Assembly: GCA_965603825.1 (NCBI GenBank) | Contig: CBFDEM010000014.1 | Coordinates: 743,157-807,156, forward strand | From: Blepharisma stoltei ATCC 30299 | Lineage: Eukaryota > Protista > Ciliophora | Length of the DNA: 64,000 bases | Direction: 5' to 3' | Shown: in pieces, positions 50,845-62,944 of the stretch | Numbering within the stretch: the first letter of the stretch is position 1 | Layout: each line of letters opens with the position of its first letter | Notes under the pieces: model-generated | The model's database searches: none | What the model was told of the DNA's origin: nothing | What the model saw: the letters and a program-made list of their open reading frames with translations, nothing else | Translations under genes and position numbers: made by a program

Positions 50845-51167
50845 CTGCCGCCAAATAATAAATAATTACGATTTCGCTCAATTTATCAATTTTATATTTT
50901 TATTGGGATAATTAATATATAGACGGTATCTAAAGTTACTTGGAGCCTTACCATTGCAGAAGCATTGAATTATTATGCTCAAAAATAAGTTTTTTAAATC
51001 TTTGATCTCTTAAGCTTTATAAGCATATATAGGTAACCTAATAGTTGCATTTATAATAATTAAGTAATCTTTATAAATTTATTTAAAAATAGTCTCAAAT
51101 AAATCAGACAGTTTCCATTCCTCCATCACTTAACATCAAATTATAAAAGCATCTTAATTTATTGTAA

Positions 51168-52349
51168 ATGGATAAAATCAGGATTCTAACGCCTCAAAAA
51201 AGCAAAGTTTATTCAGATGGAAGTCAGAGTGCATATATCAAAAGTAGTGATAAATAATTAGGATTTGAAGCCTTCACCCCAAGCCCTAAAAAGAATCAAT
51301 TGTCCCAAACTCCAGTTAAAATACACAATTTTAAAACAAACGAAAATACTTACACAAGACTTCCTGAAATGCACAATTACGAGTCAATAAAAGTGCCTTT
51401 GAAAAGCAAAGAGCCTATTGTTTTACCTAATCAAAATACTGGACTTTTAGAAGAAGAACTGCAAAGTATGTTTAAGACTGCAACAGATGAAATAGGCTAT
51501 TTTCCTGATATAAAAACTACACTTCTGCAGTTTTTAACCTTTTGCACTGCTATTTTAGGAATTTTTGTGCTCAGTTCTATCATTTGAGACATTATGAATG
51601 AGCAACGATATTGCAGTGAGATTAATGAATCAGGATGCTTACCTTGCCCTCAACATAGCATATGCTCTGGAAAAAGTATGCATTGCGAGCACTCTTTTAT
51701 CAAGATTCAAAATAAATGCATCGAAAACAGCAAAGAAGAAATCAAAATCCATTCAATTTTTGGCGAGATTGAAAGGTATGTTTCTGAGCATGCGAGATTA
51801 GAATACAGAGCTAGTAGATCTTGCTTTAAGATGACCCTCAAAGAATATTTTTACCTATTTCCTCAAGAATATTTTATTGAAGAAAAAATAAAAGAGCTTC
51901 TTGATAAAAATGAATCATCAGTCATTGAGGTTTTTAGAGAAAATAGCATTGATTTTATTAAAGCTAAAGTGCTGAAATTCAAACTTGAAGACATTATTAT
52001 CATTTTTTTGCAAGACAATAGAATATTTTTTGAAATCTTAGTCACAATAATTATATTGTCATTTACCTTCTATAAAATTCATGCAGTAAAAGAAAAGACG
52101 AGGAGAAGTGCAAAGAAAATTTACGACCTGATTTGTAGCCAGCTAAAAAAGAACTGCGACGGCACTAGCAACCATGGCATTCTTGAATCAAGATTAAAAA
52201 ATATTTTGATTGAAAGCCTAGGGTTGAAATTATTCGAAAAGATATGGATAGTTATCCAAAAAACACAAAAGACAGACTATTATCTTATTAGCAGAAAGCG
52301 GACCTCTGAAAGAGGTGAAGATTATTTATGGCAATGGAACGACAAATAA
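51168..52349 (+). CDS. MAN1/Src1-like (MSC domain) inner nuclear membrane protein, 15-nt intron 51247-51261
   Basis: Two TMs flanking a Cys-rich loop CLPCPQHSIC..C..F..C; C-terminal WQW; joined via intron and TGA 51585. Confidence 0.7.
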
Positions 52350-52438
52350 ATAAGTAAAATTTGATAATATACCTAAATTAAATATTTATCAATATTACCA
52401 AAAATACACTGATTCCATTCATATATATATCTTGATCG

Positions 52439-52642
52439 TTAAAATATTTCGCAAGAAAGGCAATCTCGCTGATGTTCTTCCTCTAGCGTATTCAACTGCT
52501 TGAAGCTCTCAACTTCATAGACATCAGTTAATGTTTTGCTTTCTTGTAAGGCTTCATCTCTAAATGAGACTTTCTTCACAAGTTTAAATCTTTCAGTTTT
52601 CGAATCTGCCTTGACCAAACCAGGTCCTTTGTTTTCTTCCAT
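52439..52642 (-). CDS. 67-aa protein with RVxF-type motif and C-terminal CaaX
   Basis: KKVSF, VYEVESFK, ends CLSCEIF*. Confidence 0.65.
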   Translation of the reverse strand: MEENKGPGLVKADSKTERFKLVKKVSFRDEALQESKTLTDVYEVESFKQLNTLEEEHQRDCLSCEIF

Positions 52643-53048
52643 TTATAGGTTCTTCTTTTCAAATTATTAAGGAATAATACGTCTAAATGTGGTTTATGCT
52701 AGATTTAGCTATTTTAATGATTTATTTTAAAATTGCATTGATATTAAGACTTAAAAATTGAGAGCTAAAGAGATGTTCCTGGACTTGATGCAAAAAATAT
52801 CATAGTTTTGTCTGATGCTATTTTGAAAATTAATCTATATTTTCAGAATAGCTTTTTATCTTAAAATTTTTTCTTAGCATGTTGGAATGAATCGGATCAT
52901 TATTCAATTATTTTGCTCAAATGCTCAATTTCAGAATTAGCTCATAATATATTATAGTATGCAAGCTATTAGTATCGATAATTTTTAAATTTGTGCATTA
53001 GTTTTACAGATAAAAGTTTAAAAATAGAGTTAATTAATCTATTAATTG

Positions 53049-53960
53049 CTATTCCTTTTTAGTTTTCAAATCCTTTAACTTAGTAGCAGAGTATAGAAGG
53101 GCCCCAGTAGCACTAAAAATAATCCCTGTTAAAAACAGGGGGGTTGGTTTTACATCAGAAAAAGCTAATAAGCCTATGAAGACTGATACAATATCTTTTA
53201 CATTGCCTGTAACTGTTGTAGCCATAGGTGAATTTTGAGTTGCGCACAAAAAGCACCCAAAGTTGTTGTTAAAAGCCATGCAACCTGCCACAACAAGGCA
53301 GATCAGAAACTCTGAAGAGTTTAGGTAAGGATTTGACTGCAATGACACGTTCTCTTTTGTGTAGTAAATAGAAATCAAAATGAACGGAATTGACAAGATT
53401 GCAGTATAATACAGCTGTGCGAAGGCTCCATTTTTGCTGTCCTCCATCTTCATCTTCTTTGCTGAGTATAGTAGTCCTGTGTTCATCACATTTGACGTAA
53501 GAACGATCAAGTAGCCAAGAAGGCTAGATGAATAATCATTTATTGCAGAAATAACGGCACCCAAAGAAATCATCAGGACCCCAACGGTGCTTCATTTTTC
53601 AATAGGCTTTTTGAATAAGTACAATTCTGAAATATAAACCATCACTGTTGACTGCTTTCTGAGCGAGACATACATTGGGAGGTTCACATAAGTCATCCCA
53701 ATCAAGCCAAATATAATGTTTCCCATGAAGGCCAAGGTCATGATTGAGGATCTCTTCATTTGAGTGATGCTCATTTTTGGAATGTCTTTATAGACTCCTT
53801 TTCTGCGAGCTCCTTCAATAAAAAGTATGGCGATAGAGCACTGAATTAGAAGCATTATGAAAGAACACTTGAAGTTAAAATTATTGATCAAATACTTGTT
53901 GGAAATGTTCGTAAGCGTCGATGAAATCCCGTAATATAAGCATATTAGTAATGGCTTCAT
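53049..53960 (-). CDS. Nucleotide-sugar transporter (SLC35D/TPT family)
   Basis: NKYLI, VNLPMYVSLRK, NSPMATTVTGNVKD; two track ORFs joined by TGA 53592. Confidence 0.9.
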
Positions 53961-54263
53961 AAGTTTTATAAAGAAGCACCATAATTAAAATAGAAACTAA
54001 ATATAGGAATGGAATTCATTATCAGAAAATATGTGGATATTTTTATTATACTAATTTCATATAATTTGAAAAGAGTGAGGTCTCTATGGTAATAATAAAT
54101 AATTATCCCTTTAAAACGATTTTGCCTTTCTGATATGAATTTATAGGTTTCTTATATATGCAAACAGGCAAATTTAAGACTTAAAAAAGAAGGACACAAA
54201 TGATTTAGCGGGAAAATAATTTGAGTATATCCTTAGGATTACTATTTAAAATTCATATCATTT

Positions 54264-54605
54264 CTAGCCAAGACTGTACTTTCGAACTAAGTAAGAACAA
54301 AAATAGTAGAAAGCAACCATCGAAAGAGAGAAAACAAGGATCGTCAAAAGGCCAACGTCTCTTGGAACTTCTGGTTCTTCTTTAACTTCCATCTCATCTT
54401 CCTTAGTGCTGCTCTCTTCAATTTCGTCAATAAAACGCTTTCGAAGACGTCTCAAAATTGAAATTTCAACAACTTGGTTTCTATTTTCTTTCAATAAAGC
54501 TTCAAAATCAGCCTTTCTTTTTGATAATTGCTCCTTTAACTCTTCAATGGTCTCTTCATCAAGATCCGCTTGAACTGCATAAGTATTACATTTCCTTGAA
54601 CTCAT
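54264..54605 (-). CDS. Small tail-anchored coiled-coil protein
   Basis: Coiled coil plus C-terminal TM. Confidence 0.65.
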   Translation of the reverse strand: MSSRKCNTYAVQADLDEETIEELKEQLSKRKADFEALLKENRNQVVEISILRRLRKRFIDEIEESSTKEDEMEVKEEPEVPRDVGLLTILVFSLSMVAFYYFCSYLVRKYSLG

Positions 54606-54687
54606 TAAATTATTTATCCATTTACATTATGTCTGAGAAATTTTCTTCTATCTTTTTTCCGCGATCTTCGTGCTAAATAAATATTAA

Positions 54688-57600
54688 ATGTTTAATACAT
54701 CAGGATATCCGTCAAGCCCTAACTCAGGCGTCCAGTCTAGCTCGCAAACTCCTAACGACTCAACTTTATATTATATGAGGGAAAACCAAAGACTTTATCA
54801 TTTGCTTTCACAGTCAGAAGGAAAGCACGAAGGCCAATTCAAACAATCCCGCCATCGGAGTAGCACCTATAGCAAGTCATCGTCTCCAGAAACCCCGCAG
54901 AAGTCAAATTTCCTAAGTTCAGCCATACCAGACGAAATGCTGGACTCTTTGATCGCTTTATCTCTGGAAAACCTCAAAAATATTCTCGGCAAATGTGGGA
55001 CCATCCCGACCAACATTGCAAAAGCACTGGAAGTGATCAACAAAGCAGAATCAGCCCAAAGAAGCCTGCCTCAGAAAATAGAATATCTCTACTCTTTAGA
55101 GAACATAAAGGACAGAGCAATAAATCTTGTTGTAGATCAACATGAAGTGCAGCATTATCTAAAAGACCTTATCTTGAACTCAGAAAGATGCGCAGTAATG
55201 CTGGAGAGGTGGTGTGGGCCAGGACTCATCACTCTGCTTAGGAAGAAAGCAGATTTACTTGAAGGTGACCTGAATAAAAGAAAGCTGCAAGACCTGTATT
55301 TCTTAGCCTCTGACTTTGAAAAGCTCAAAGAAAAATCCATTGAAAAGTTTGGGTCTTGAAACAATGAATATCCATACAAATTTATAAACGAGTCAATAGG
55401 TAAAAGTGTAGACAACCAAAAGAAAATCACTGATATTCAATGGACGATAAAGCAAAAGTGCAGCCATATGAAAAATGAGCTTGAGCTATTTAAAAAGGAT
55501 TTAAATAAATTAAAAGGAAAAGTAGGATTTGAATTTTACAGTACCTTATGTGCGTTGGAAGGGAAGAGCGAAAAGTCTCCAGGTTTGTCACAGCTGAAAG
55601 GAAAGCTGCTGAAGGTTACTGTGCCACAGCTTAAAATAATGAAAAGCGAAATAGTTGACATAAGAGAACGAGTTTCGCAGTATAAAGGGTACTTCAATAA
55701 AGAAATAAACAAATTCAGCAATGAGGTTCAAGAATTAAATAGAGTTCATTCCAATACAAAAGAACTGATAAAAATAAAAATCGGATCTGCTGATTGTTGC
55801 GTAAAGGAGCTGAAAGAGGAGCTAGCTGGCTTGAAGGAAATCTTTTTGGAGAACCAAGAATCGTTTTTAGAGGGCATGGAATACGAAATTGAGAATGGAG
55901 CAAGCAGACTGAGATTGAAAGCAAGGCCAGCGAAGGTCAAAACAAAGGTCAGGTCAAAGAGGACACAGCCACTGAGAGTGGAAGTCAAAAATCAATTTGC
56001 TTTGATAAAGGAAGCACTAAACGACACTAAGTGCTGGGCTACTGATGAAATTCAAAAGTCCTTTGATATCACAGCTAAAAGGATCGCAAAGCTATCATTT
56101 CTCGAGAGTTTACTGCCAAAGCTGTTTAACAGCTATAGAATTTTAAAAAAAGAATTCATGCAAATGAATGAAGCCTTAGCCAGCGATTTTTGTTTTATAG
56201 AGAGCAAGGCAAAGCAATTAGTGACTGAGAGTTCAAATAAATCAGCAGAAATTGAATCACTAATAAAAGCTCAAAAAGAACTTTCAGCAAAGTTTAACAG
56301 CTTAGAAAGCGAGTTGAGTCTTTCTAAAGAAGATAATAGATTTCTAGAATCCAAAATTAAAATGCTAGAAGAAAAAGCCAAGCATTTAGGAAATGAAAAT
56401 GAAGAGAAAAAGTTTTTAGAAGGCTTAACTAAACAGCTAGAAAACAAGATAAGGGATCTCGAACAAAATCTGGCTGCGGCAAATAATGAAAGGAAGATTG
56501 CTGAAAATAACCAAAGGCAAGACCAAGTAAAAATAGCGGAATTAGGAAGCCATTTGTCTTCTGAAAAGAATGAAACAGCAAGGTTGCAAGAAAAAGCAAG
56601 AGCCCTTGAATCAAAGAATAAACAGCTGGAGAATGACTTAGGACATAATAATAAAGAAAAGCAGAGCTTAGAGTCACAGAATAAATCACTTAACCAGAGG
56701 TTAAAAGATATTGAAGAAGAGGATGGCATAATCAAAGAGCAGCTTATTTCTGCACAAAGCAAATTGCATGAGTCCCAAGAAAAAGGGAAGAGTTTGGAAA
56801 AACAATTAGCGGCCGCTAAGGAGCAACTGATTTCTGCGAATAAAAACATCCACGAATTAGAAGGAAAAATAAAGGATTTAGAACAAAAGCTAGCAGAGGC
56901 TAAAATGGAGAACTTGCAGCTAAGCGCAAGGATAGCTCAAATAGATGAAGATGCTAAAACTTTGAAGGGTGAGTTATCCAGTACTCAAAAAGCCAAAGAT
57001 AGCTTGGAGCTTCAAATAAAGCAATTAATAGAAAAAAATGAAAAGACTGAAAATGAAGCAAATGAAAGCTATCAATATTATGAACTGAAAATTGAGCAAC
57101 TCAATAGTAATACTGAAGCCTTAGAAAAAAAGCTTGAAAATTCGGATGAATCAATACAAAAGCTACAGATAAGTAATAATGAGCTTGATATTAAAATTAA
57201 AAATTTGACCAGTGAGCTTCTTGAAAAAAATCATGCTAATGATGCTCTAAAAGCTCTGCTTGAAGCAAAAATATCTGAATTGAAAAATACTCTAGCTTTA
57301 GCCCAAGAAAAATCACAGTTAGTTGAAGCCAAAAATATTCAGTTGCAGGAATTATTAAAGAATGAAGCATCAAAATCTCAACAACTTGAAGAGGATATTA
57401 AAGGAATGACGCAAGGCTTAGAGGCAGCAAATGAAAAGAATGAAGAATTAGCTTCTTTAACTGATAAACTTAGTGCTCAAATTAGCGAACATGAAAAAAG
57501 CCTCAGCATAGCTAATGAAAATAATTCAGTCTGCAATACAGTTATTCAAGGCTTAAAAAACAAAATTAAAGAACTAGAAGGCAAACTGATTTTGGAAAAT

Positions 57601-60132
57601 AATAAGAATGCAAATTCTGAATCTGAGCTCCAGAAAATTATAATCGAAGCTGATAGTTTGAAGAAAAAATTAGGTGCTGCCACTAATGAAAATGGAGAAT
57701 TAAAATCAGAAACCCAAAGGTTGGCTCTAAAAAGTAGCGATTTTGAGAAAAGGCTCTTAAATGAAGCTAGCAGAAGCTCAGGTTTGGAATTGGATATTGA
57801 AGAGCTCAAGAAACAAATAAATGGCTTAGAAAGTAAAGGGAAAAATTTAAGTGATGAAAATAATTATTTGAAAATTAGCGTGCAGTCACTTGAAGAACAA
57901 AAAAGTGTTTTTAGCGAGAAAAATTCAAAACTTCAATCAGAAATTTCAATGCTGCTTTTAGAACAGAAGAACTTAGAGGAAAAATTGTTAGATTCATCAA
58001 AAGAAAATGAATATTATGCGGCACAAATAGCACAGCTTGATAAGAAAATAACAGAATTGCAAGACAGTTTGGCATTATCGCAAGAGGATAATCAATTTTT
58101 TGATGGACGAGTAAAGAAATTAAAAGAAGAGATAAAGGGAAAGGACTCTCAGATTGATCAACTAAGTAATGGAAATAAAATACTTGAACAAAAAATTTCT
58201 GCTTCATCAAAAGAAAATGAATATTATGCAGCACAAATAGAGCAACTTGATAAGAAAATAAAAGAATTGCAAGACAGTTTGGTATTATCACAAGAGGAAA
58301 ATCAATTTTTTGAAGGACAAATAAAGAAATTAAAAGAAGAGATAAAGGGAAAGGACTCTCAGATCGATCAACTAAGTAATCGAAATAAAATGCTAGAGCA
58401 AGAAATTTCTGCTATTAAAAATCTACTTGAAAACGAAATTCAATCGCACAAAGCCTTAACCGAAGCAAATGAAATTAAGCTCCAAGAAGAGATTGACAAA
58501 GCTGAAAAGTACTTCGAGAAAGTCAAGGAGAGTGAGGTGCAGAGCTGCAAGGAAACATTTGAAAAAGAAAAGACCTCAATCATTGGGAAATTCGGCATTG
58601 TTATTGCTGCAATCAAAAACGTGAATGGAACTAAAAATTCAGTTTTTGGTCAGCTGAAAACAAATATGAATGCCATTAGAGACAACTTGCTGCTAGTCCA
58701 AGAGTTTGCCAATGATTTTCTCTCAAAAGAAATGAAAAGCCTAACTGACCAAATAGAATACATGAACTCAAAAAATAAAATGGACACTGACTGGTATGCA
58801 AATCAAAGCAAAATAAAGTTTGAATCCGCAGCCGAAGAAATCAGGGAAAATTTATTGAGGTTTAAAGAACAATGTGCTGAAGGTCTTAAAGAGTATCGCA
58901 ATATGGGGAAATATGAGCTTGAATCATTCGAAAAAAGGAAGAATGCTTTAGCTACACATGCAGAGTCACTTGATAGAATTAGTTTTGCTTTTAATGTGTT
59001 TGAGAATGAGCTGGATACTTCTCTGCACCAGTACGACGACAAACACTCAGAATCTTTTGACAAGGAATCTGAACAAATTCTTCATGGAAGATCTAAGCTG
59101 TTGATTCATAGAGACTTGAACGTTACTGCAGACTCCTCCACTTTCACCCCAAAGAAAAGAAAAATTTCAACGCTGAAAATAATCCAGTCACACACATTAA
59201 ATAAACTTTTAGAAGAGTTGATGGACAATCGGTACGAGCTGGATATGAGATACTTGAAAGCTGGCAAAAAATTAATGCCAATGAATAAATTTTTCGACGA
59301 TTTTTTGGAAAGAAAATATGGGATTCAAACACTGCAAGATAAAAATAAGCAGAAAATCACAGATTCCTTAATAAAGTACAAAGATGATGATGAATATTAT
59401 GCCTTCTATTTCAATTTATTAGTCGAGAGTCCTAGCGCTTTTAGTCATGAATTAGCTCTATTTTTAGTCAAAATGAGGCACTCTTACAACCAGCTTAAAA
59501 ACTGCCAGGTTCAGGATAAAAACCTTACTCCAAAAAGCACTCCAAAAACCACCCCAAAAGCAACTCCAAGGCAAACTCCAAGGGCCACTCCTACCTCTAC
59601 CCCAAAGGATACACCAAATTCTACTCCAAAAGCAACTCCAAGAGGTACTCCTCATGGCTCTCCAAAGCCGTCAGGCATTAGGGATGAAATTTTCATATGC
59701 ATGAATCATGTCTTGACTTGGATTAGCAACTATTTCGCAAGCGAGCAGAAGTTTGGAGAATCCCTCATTAAATTCTTGAGACCAGAAGAGATTGAACAAA
59801 TTGACTGGAACATTTTCAATATCCAGCACACCATATGGAGAAAAGGCCTCGAACCTATAAAAGCCTACGAAATGATTTCGAACGAAGAAAGCAAGAAATT
59901 AACCCAAGAAGAGTTTGTGGTAGGGATGAAAGAAAAAATCAACTGCTTTATTTCTGAAGAAGATTTAGCAAGTATTTACCTTAGATTCGCGAACCCAGAA
60001 ATAGATGCTGAAAATTTCACGAGCTTTTTGAATATGAAAAGCTACTTTACAAATCCAAAACTGTATTGCTCTCAGATTCAATTCTTGAATGCACTTGTAA
60101 ACGCTTACAATACAACTCACATCACTGAGTAA
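54688..60132 (+). CDS. 1814-aa coiled-coil protein with TP-rich tract and C-terminal EF-hand-like region
   Basis: 54688-55359 and 55468-60132 in frame across a single TGA with no other stop. Confidence 0.85.
57994..58413 (+). repeat. Intragenic tandem duplication, 210-nt/70-aa unit
   Basis: SSKENEYYAAQI..EEIKGKDSQIDQLSN at 57994 and 58204. Confidence 0.9.
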
Positions 60133-60218
60133 GGAGATTATTATAGAGGTCAGAAGAATACTAAATAGCTCAATTTTTAAGTTTTAAGTAAGATCATATA
60201 TGAAGGAAACTGTTTAGC

Positions 60219-60740
60219 TTAGTTTCTGTTAAAAGCAATTGTTCCTTCACCCCATTCTGATTGTTCTCGAGTCCACTCATGCCATTCTTCCATATACTCA
60301 TCGTGATATTTTTCCCATAAGCCACTGGTAGGGTACAAACTGAGTTCGCCCCAATTCACAGAAGCCCTGAACTTAAGGACTCGTCCAATTTGCTTCTTAA
60401 GCTCTTCAACGTCGCTTCCAATTACCCTTTGAAGCTCCATTCCATCAGACAAGAAGAGGAAAGTTGGCTCGTGACGTACACAGTAATATTTTTTGGTTCT
60501 TTCCCCAACTCCTGTTGATGTATCGCAAATATAGGTTGAAAATGGTGGAATTTCAGTGAGATTAAGGAATTGGGATTGCAAATCTTTTGAGCACTCTGGA
60601 TTCCAGTTGTTTTTAAAGTAGAACAGTGCTAAAGAAGGCTGCTCTTTGTTGATGGTGTCATAGTGCTCATAGAAATTGTCAATTATTCGAACTTTGGAGC
60701 CAGGAATTGAAGTATAAGCTCTGAATAATCTTTGAAGCAT
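60219..60740 (-). CDS. Mitochondrial thioredoxin-fold protein lacking CxxC
   Basis: MLQRLFRAY presequence; FYF..WNPEC, V..EPTFLF..G.EL.RVIG. Confidence 0.7.
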   Translation of the reverse strand: MLQRLFRAYTSIPGSKVRIIDNFYEHYDTINKEQPSLALFYFKNNWNPECSKDLQSQFLNLTEIPPFSTYICDTSTGVGERTKKYYCVRHEPTFLFLSDGMELQRVIGSDVEELKKQIGRVLKFRASVNWGELSLYPTSGLWEKYHDEYMEEWHEWTREQSEWGEGTIAFNRN

Positions 60741-61039
60741 TTATATTTATTATAAGACAAATATTAATTCATCTTAAAAATAGCAACTCTAATCAAATAT
60801 GAGAATTATAATGTATATAAAGTCTGAATTTCAATAAATGCTCAGAGTCTTTTAATTTTTTGGCTTTTTGAGTCATTTTTATTGATTTACTCCGCTTATG
60901 GTTCGATCTTAGCCATACTCATTATTCAGGCAAATATCTTAACCTTGATTTTATATCAACTCATGTAATTCAGTGGGCATATAGCATTATGTCTTTTGAG
61001 ATTGCAGGATATAAATTTTAATTAAGGCTATTTTTAAAA

Positions 61040-61411
61040 ATGGGATCATTTTTCTCAAAACTCTGGCAGCTTCTGTTTAGTGATGAAGAGAGACGAATTC
61101 TAATGCTTGGACTCGATGCATCTGGAAAAACAACCATTCTTTACAAACTTAAGCTTGATGAAGTAGTATCCACAATTCCAACAATTGGCTTTAATGTTGA
61201 AGAAGTCAAATATCGAAGTATTCATTTTCAAATCTGAGATATTGGTGGCCAATTGAAACTAAGAGATTTATGGCATTACTACTATAAAGATACAGAGGCT
61301 ATTATTTTCGTCATTGATTCAATTGATCGAGAAAGAATTGAAGAAGCTAATGAAGCGCTTCATAAAATGCTTGCTAATGAGTTGATTATTCCCCCCTCCG
61401 TTAACAACTAA
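61040..61411 (+). CDS. ARF: ADP-ribosylation factor family GTPase, interrupted after about codon 116
   Basis: MG N-terminus, [26 protein letters not shown] (W=TGA), LWHYYY, IFVIDS.DRERI; homology stops at ANELI, before NKQD. Confidence 0.85.
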
Positions 61412-62944
61412 ATTTTTCTCTGTTATGATTTTTTTTTTTTATATCTCGATTTGGGAATGTTTGAAATAAAACTGCAATTTAATTTTAAAAAATTTTGCTT
61501 TGGAGTGAAAATCATCTAAAACTATTAGAGCTGTAGTTACTTTTGGATGGGTGGGCTCTCCCCTGCTACGCCTTTATCACTATATGAGGAGAAAGCCTTT
61601 ATGAAATAAATTTAGCTTTATCTTGATAATTATTGTCGGCAATAATTACTACCACATGACATTCAGATCTGTTTCTTTGCTCTCACAATTCACCGACGCT
61701 TACATATGTTAGATCTGTCAAGAGAGAGGATATTTAGATACGAGAGTTTTTGCTATCCTACTTTTTTTCATCAACACTTCGTGACGACCTCTTGACTCTA
61801 CCAAAATGTCGACATCACAATGATATAATTCGACTGGGATTCAATTATAACAATTAGTATATAGCTCGAGCACTCTTTAGCTATATATGAAATATTTTAG
61901 ACAAATAATTTCATATTAAATTTTTTTATTGCTTAGATTAATTTTACTAGAAAAACAATAAAATTAGTATTTATTGAGTGCTTTATAATTAAACTTTTCC
62001 TATTTATTAACAAAAATAATGCAAATCATTAGGGTGTTAATTAATCTAATCTACTGTAAATGTTTATTTAATAAGTCTATTTTCATAAAAGAATGATGCG
62101 ATATATATGCTGAGAGCAATTCGTCATTTAATAATTGAGTCATGCATGTATTATTATTTACTGGTTCTATAGTAATTGAGCCTTAATTCTCCCTTCAAGA
62201 TTTCTGTGCTAGAAAAAAGTAATCAGCCTGGTTGTTATTTTTAATGTCAATGAGATAAAGGGCTGTATTATATGCTCAGCATTCTTTATTCTTGATAGGC
62301 TTGCTTAAGTTTGAGTTCTAAGTTGAGCCTGAATTTTTATATAACAAGCATATTCTCTTGGATTCACAACATCATTTTTCAGGTTATTGAATATACTTAA
62401 GATCTCTATTGTTTGGCATTCAGACCTTAATAATTTAATATTAAATAGAAGGCTTTCCCGTTTTATACACTTCGCAAGTCCCAGCTATTTATTAAATACA
62501 AACTCACTAGGTGGAAAGCTTTGAGTCTTTATTATTTTAAATTTACAAAATAGATTAAATAGCGTGAAGAAAATACTTTATTCTATGCCATCATTCAATG
62601 ATATAAGTAAAAGAAAAATGCATGTGACTTAAGTTATGATTTAAATTTCATTCAATTATCAGTCTTTAGCTATTTTAGTAGAATAATTTATAATTTTCGA
62701 GCTATATGATAAGAAATGCAATTATAAACTTCTTAAAAACCTAAGGTAATTTCATTATCTAAAAATTTATGAAGTAAAATTCAAGATTACATAAAGGGTC
62801 TTATTTAATTAATAATCACTCAAAATTTATATTCCATGAAATAAATAACATATTTTTAGAATATATAACTAATAATATTTTTAAATTACTCTAAATTTTG
62901 AAACTTGCTTCAAAGTATTTACTTTTATAAATTAAAAGAATCAA
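61386..62944. mobile_element. Putative left end of an IES/MITE-like element (TTA + TTCCCCCCTCCGTTAACAACTAAA), truncated by the telomere
   Basis: Begins where Arf homology ends; TA-containing boundary; poly-C TIR-like end; non-coding AT-rich body; no partner inverted repeat found. Confidence 0.45.

Noticed and set aside
228-61237. In-frame TGA as selenocysteine or pseudogene stops
   Set aside because: They align with conserved Trp and interchange with TGG.
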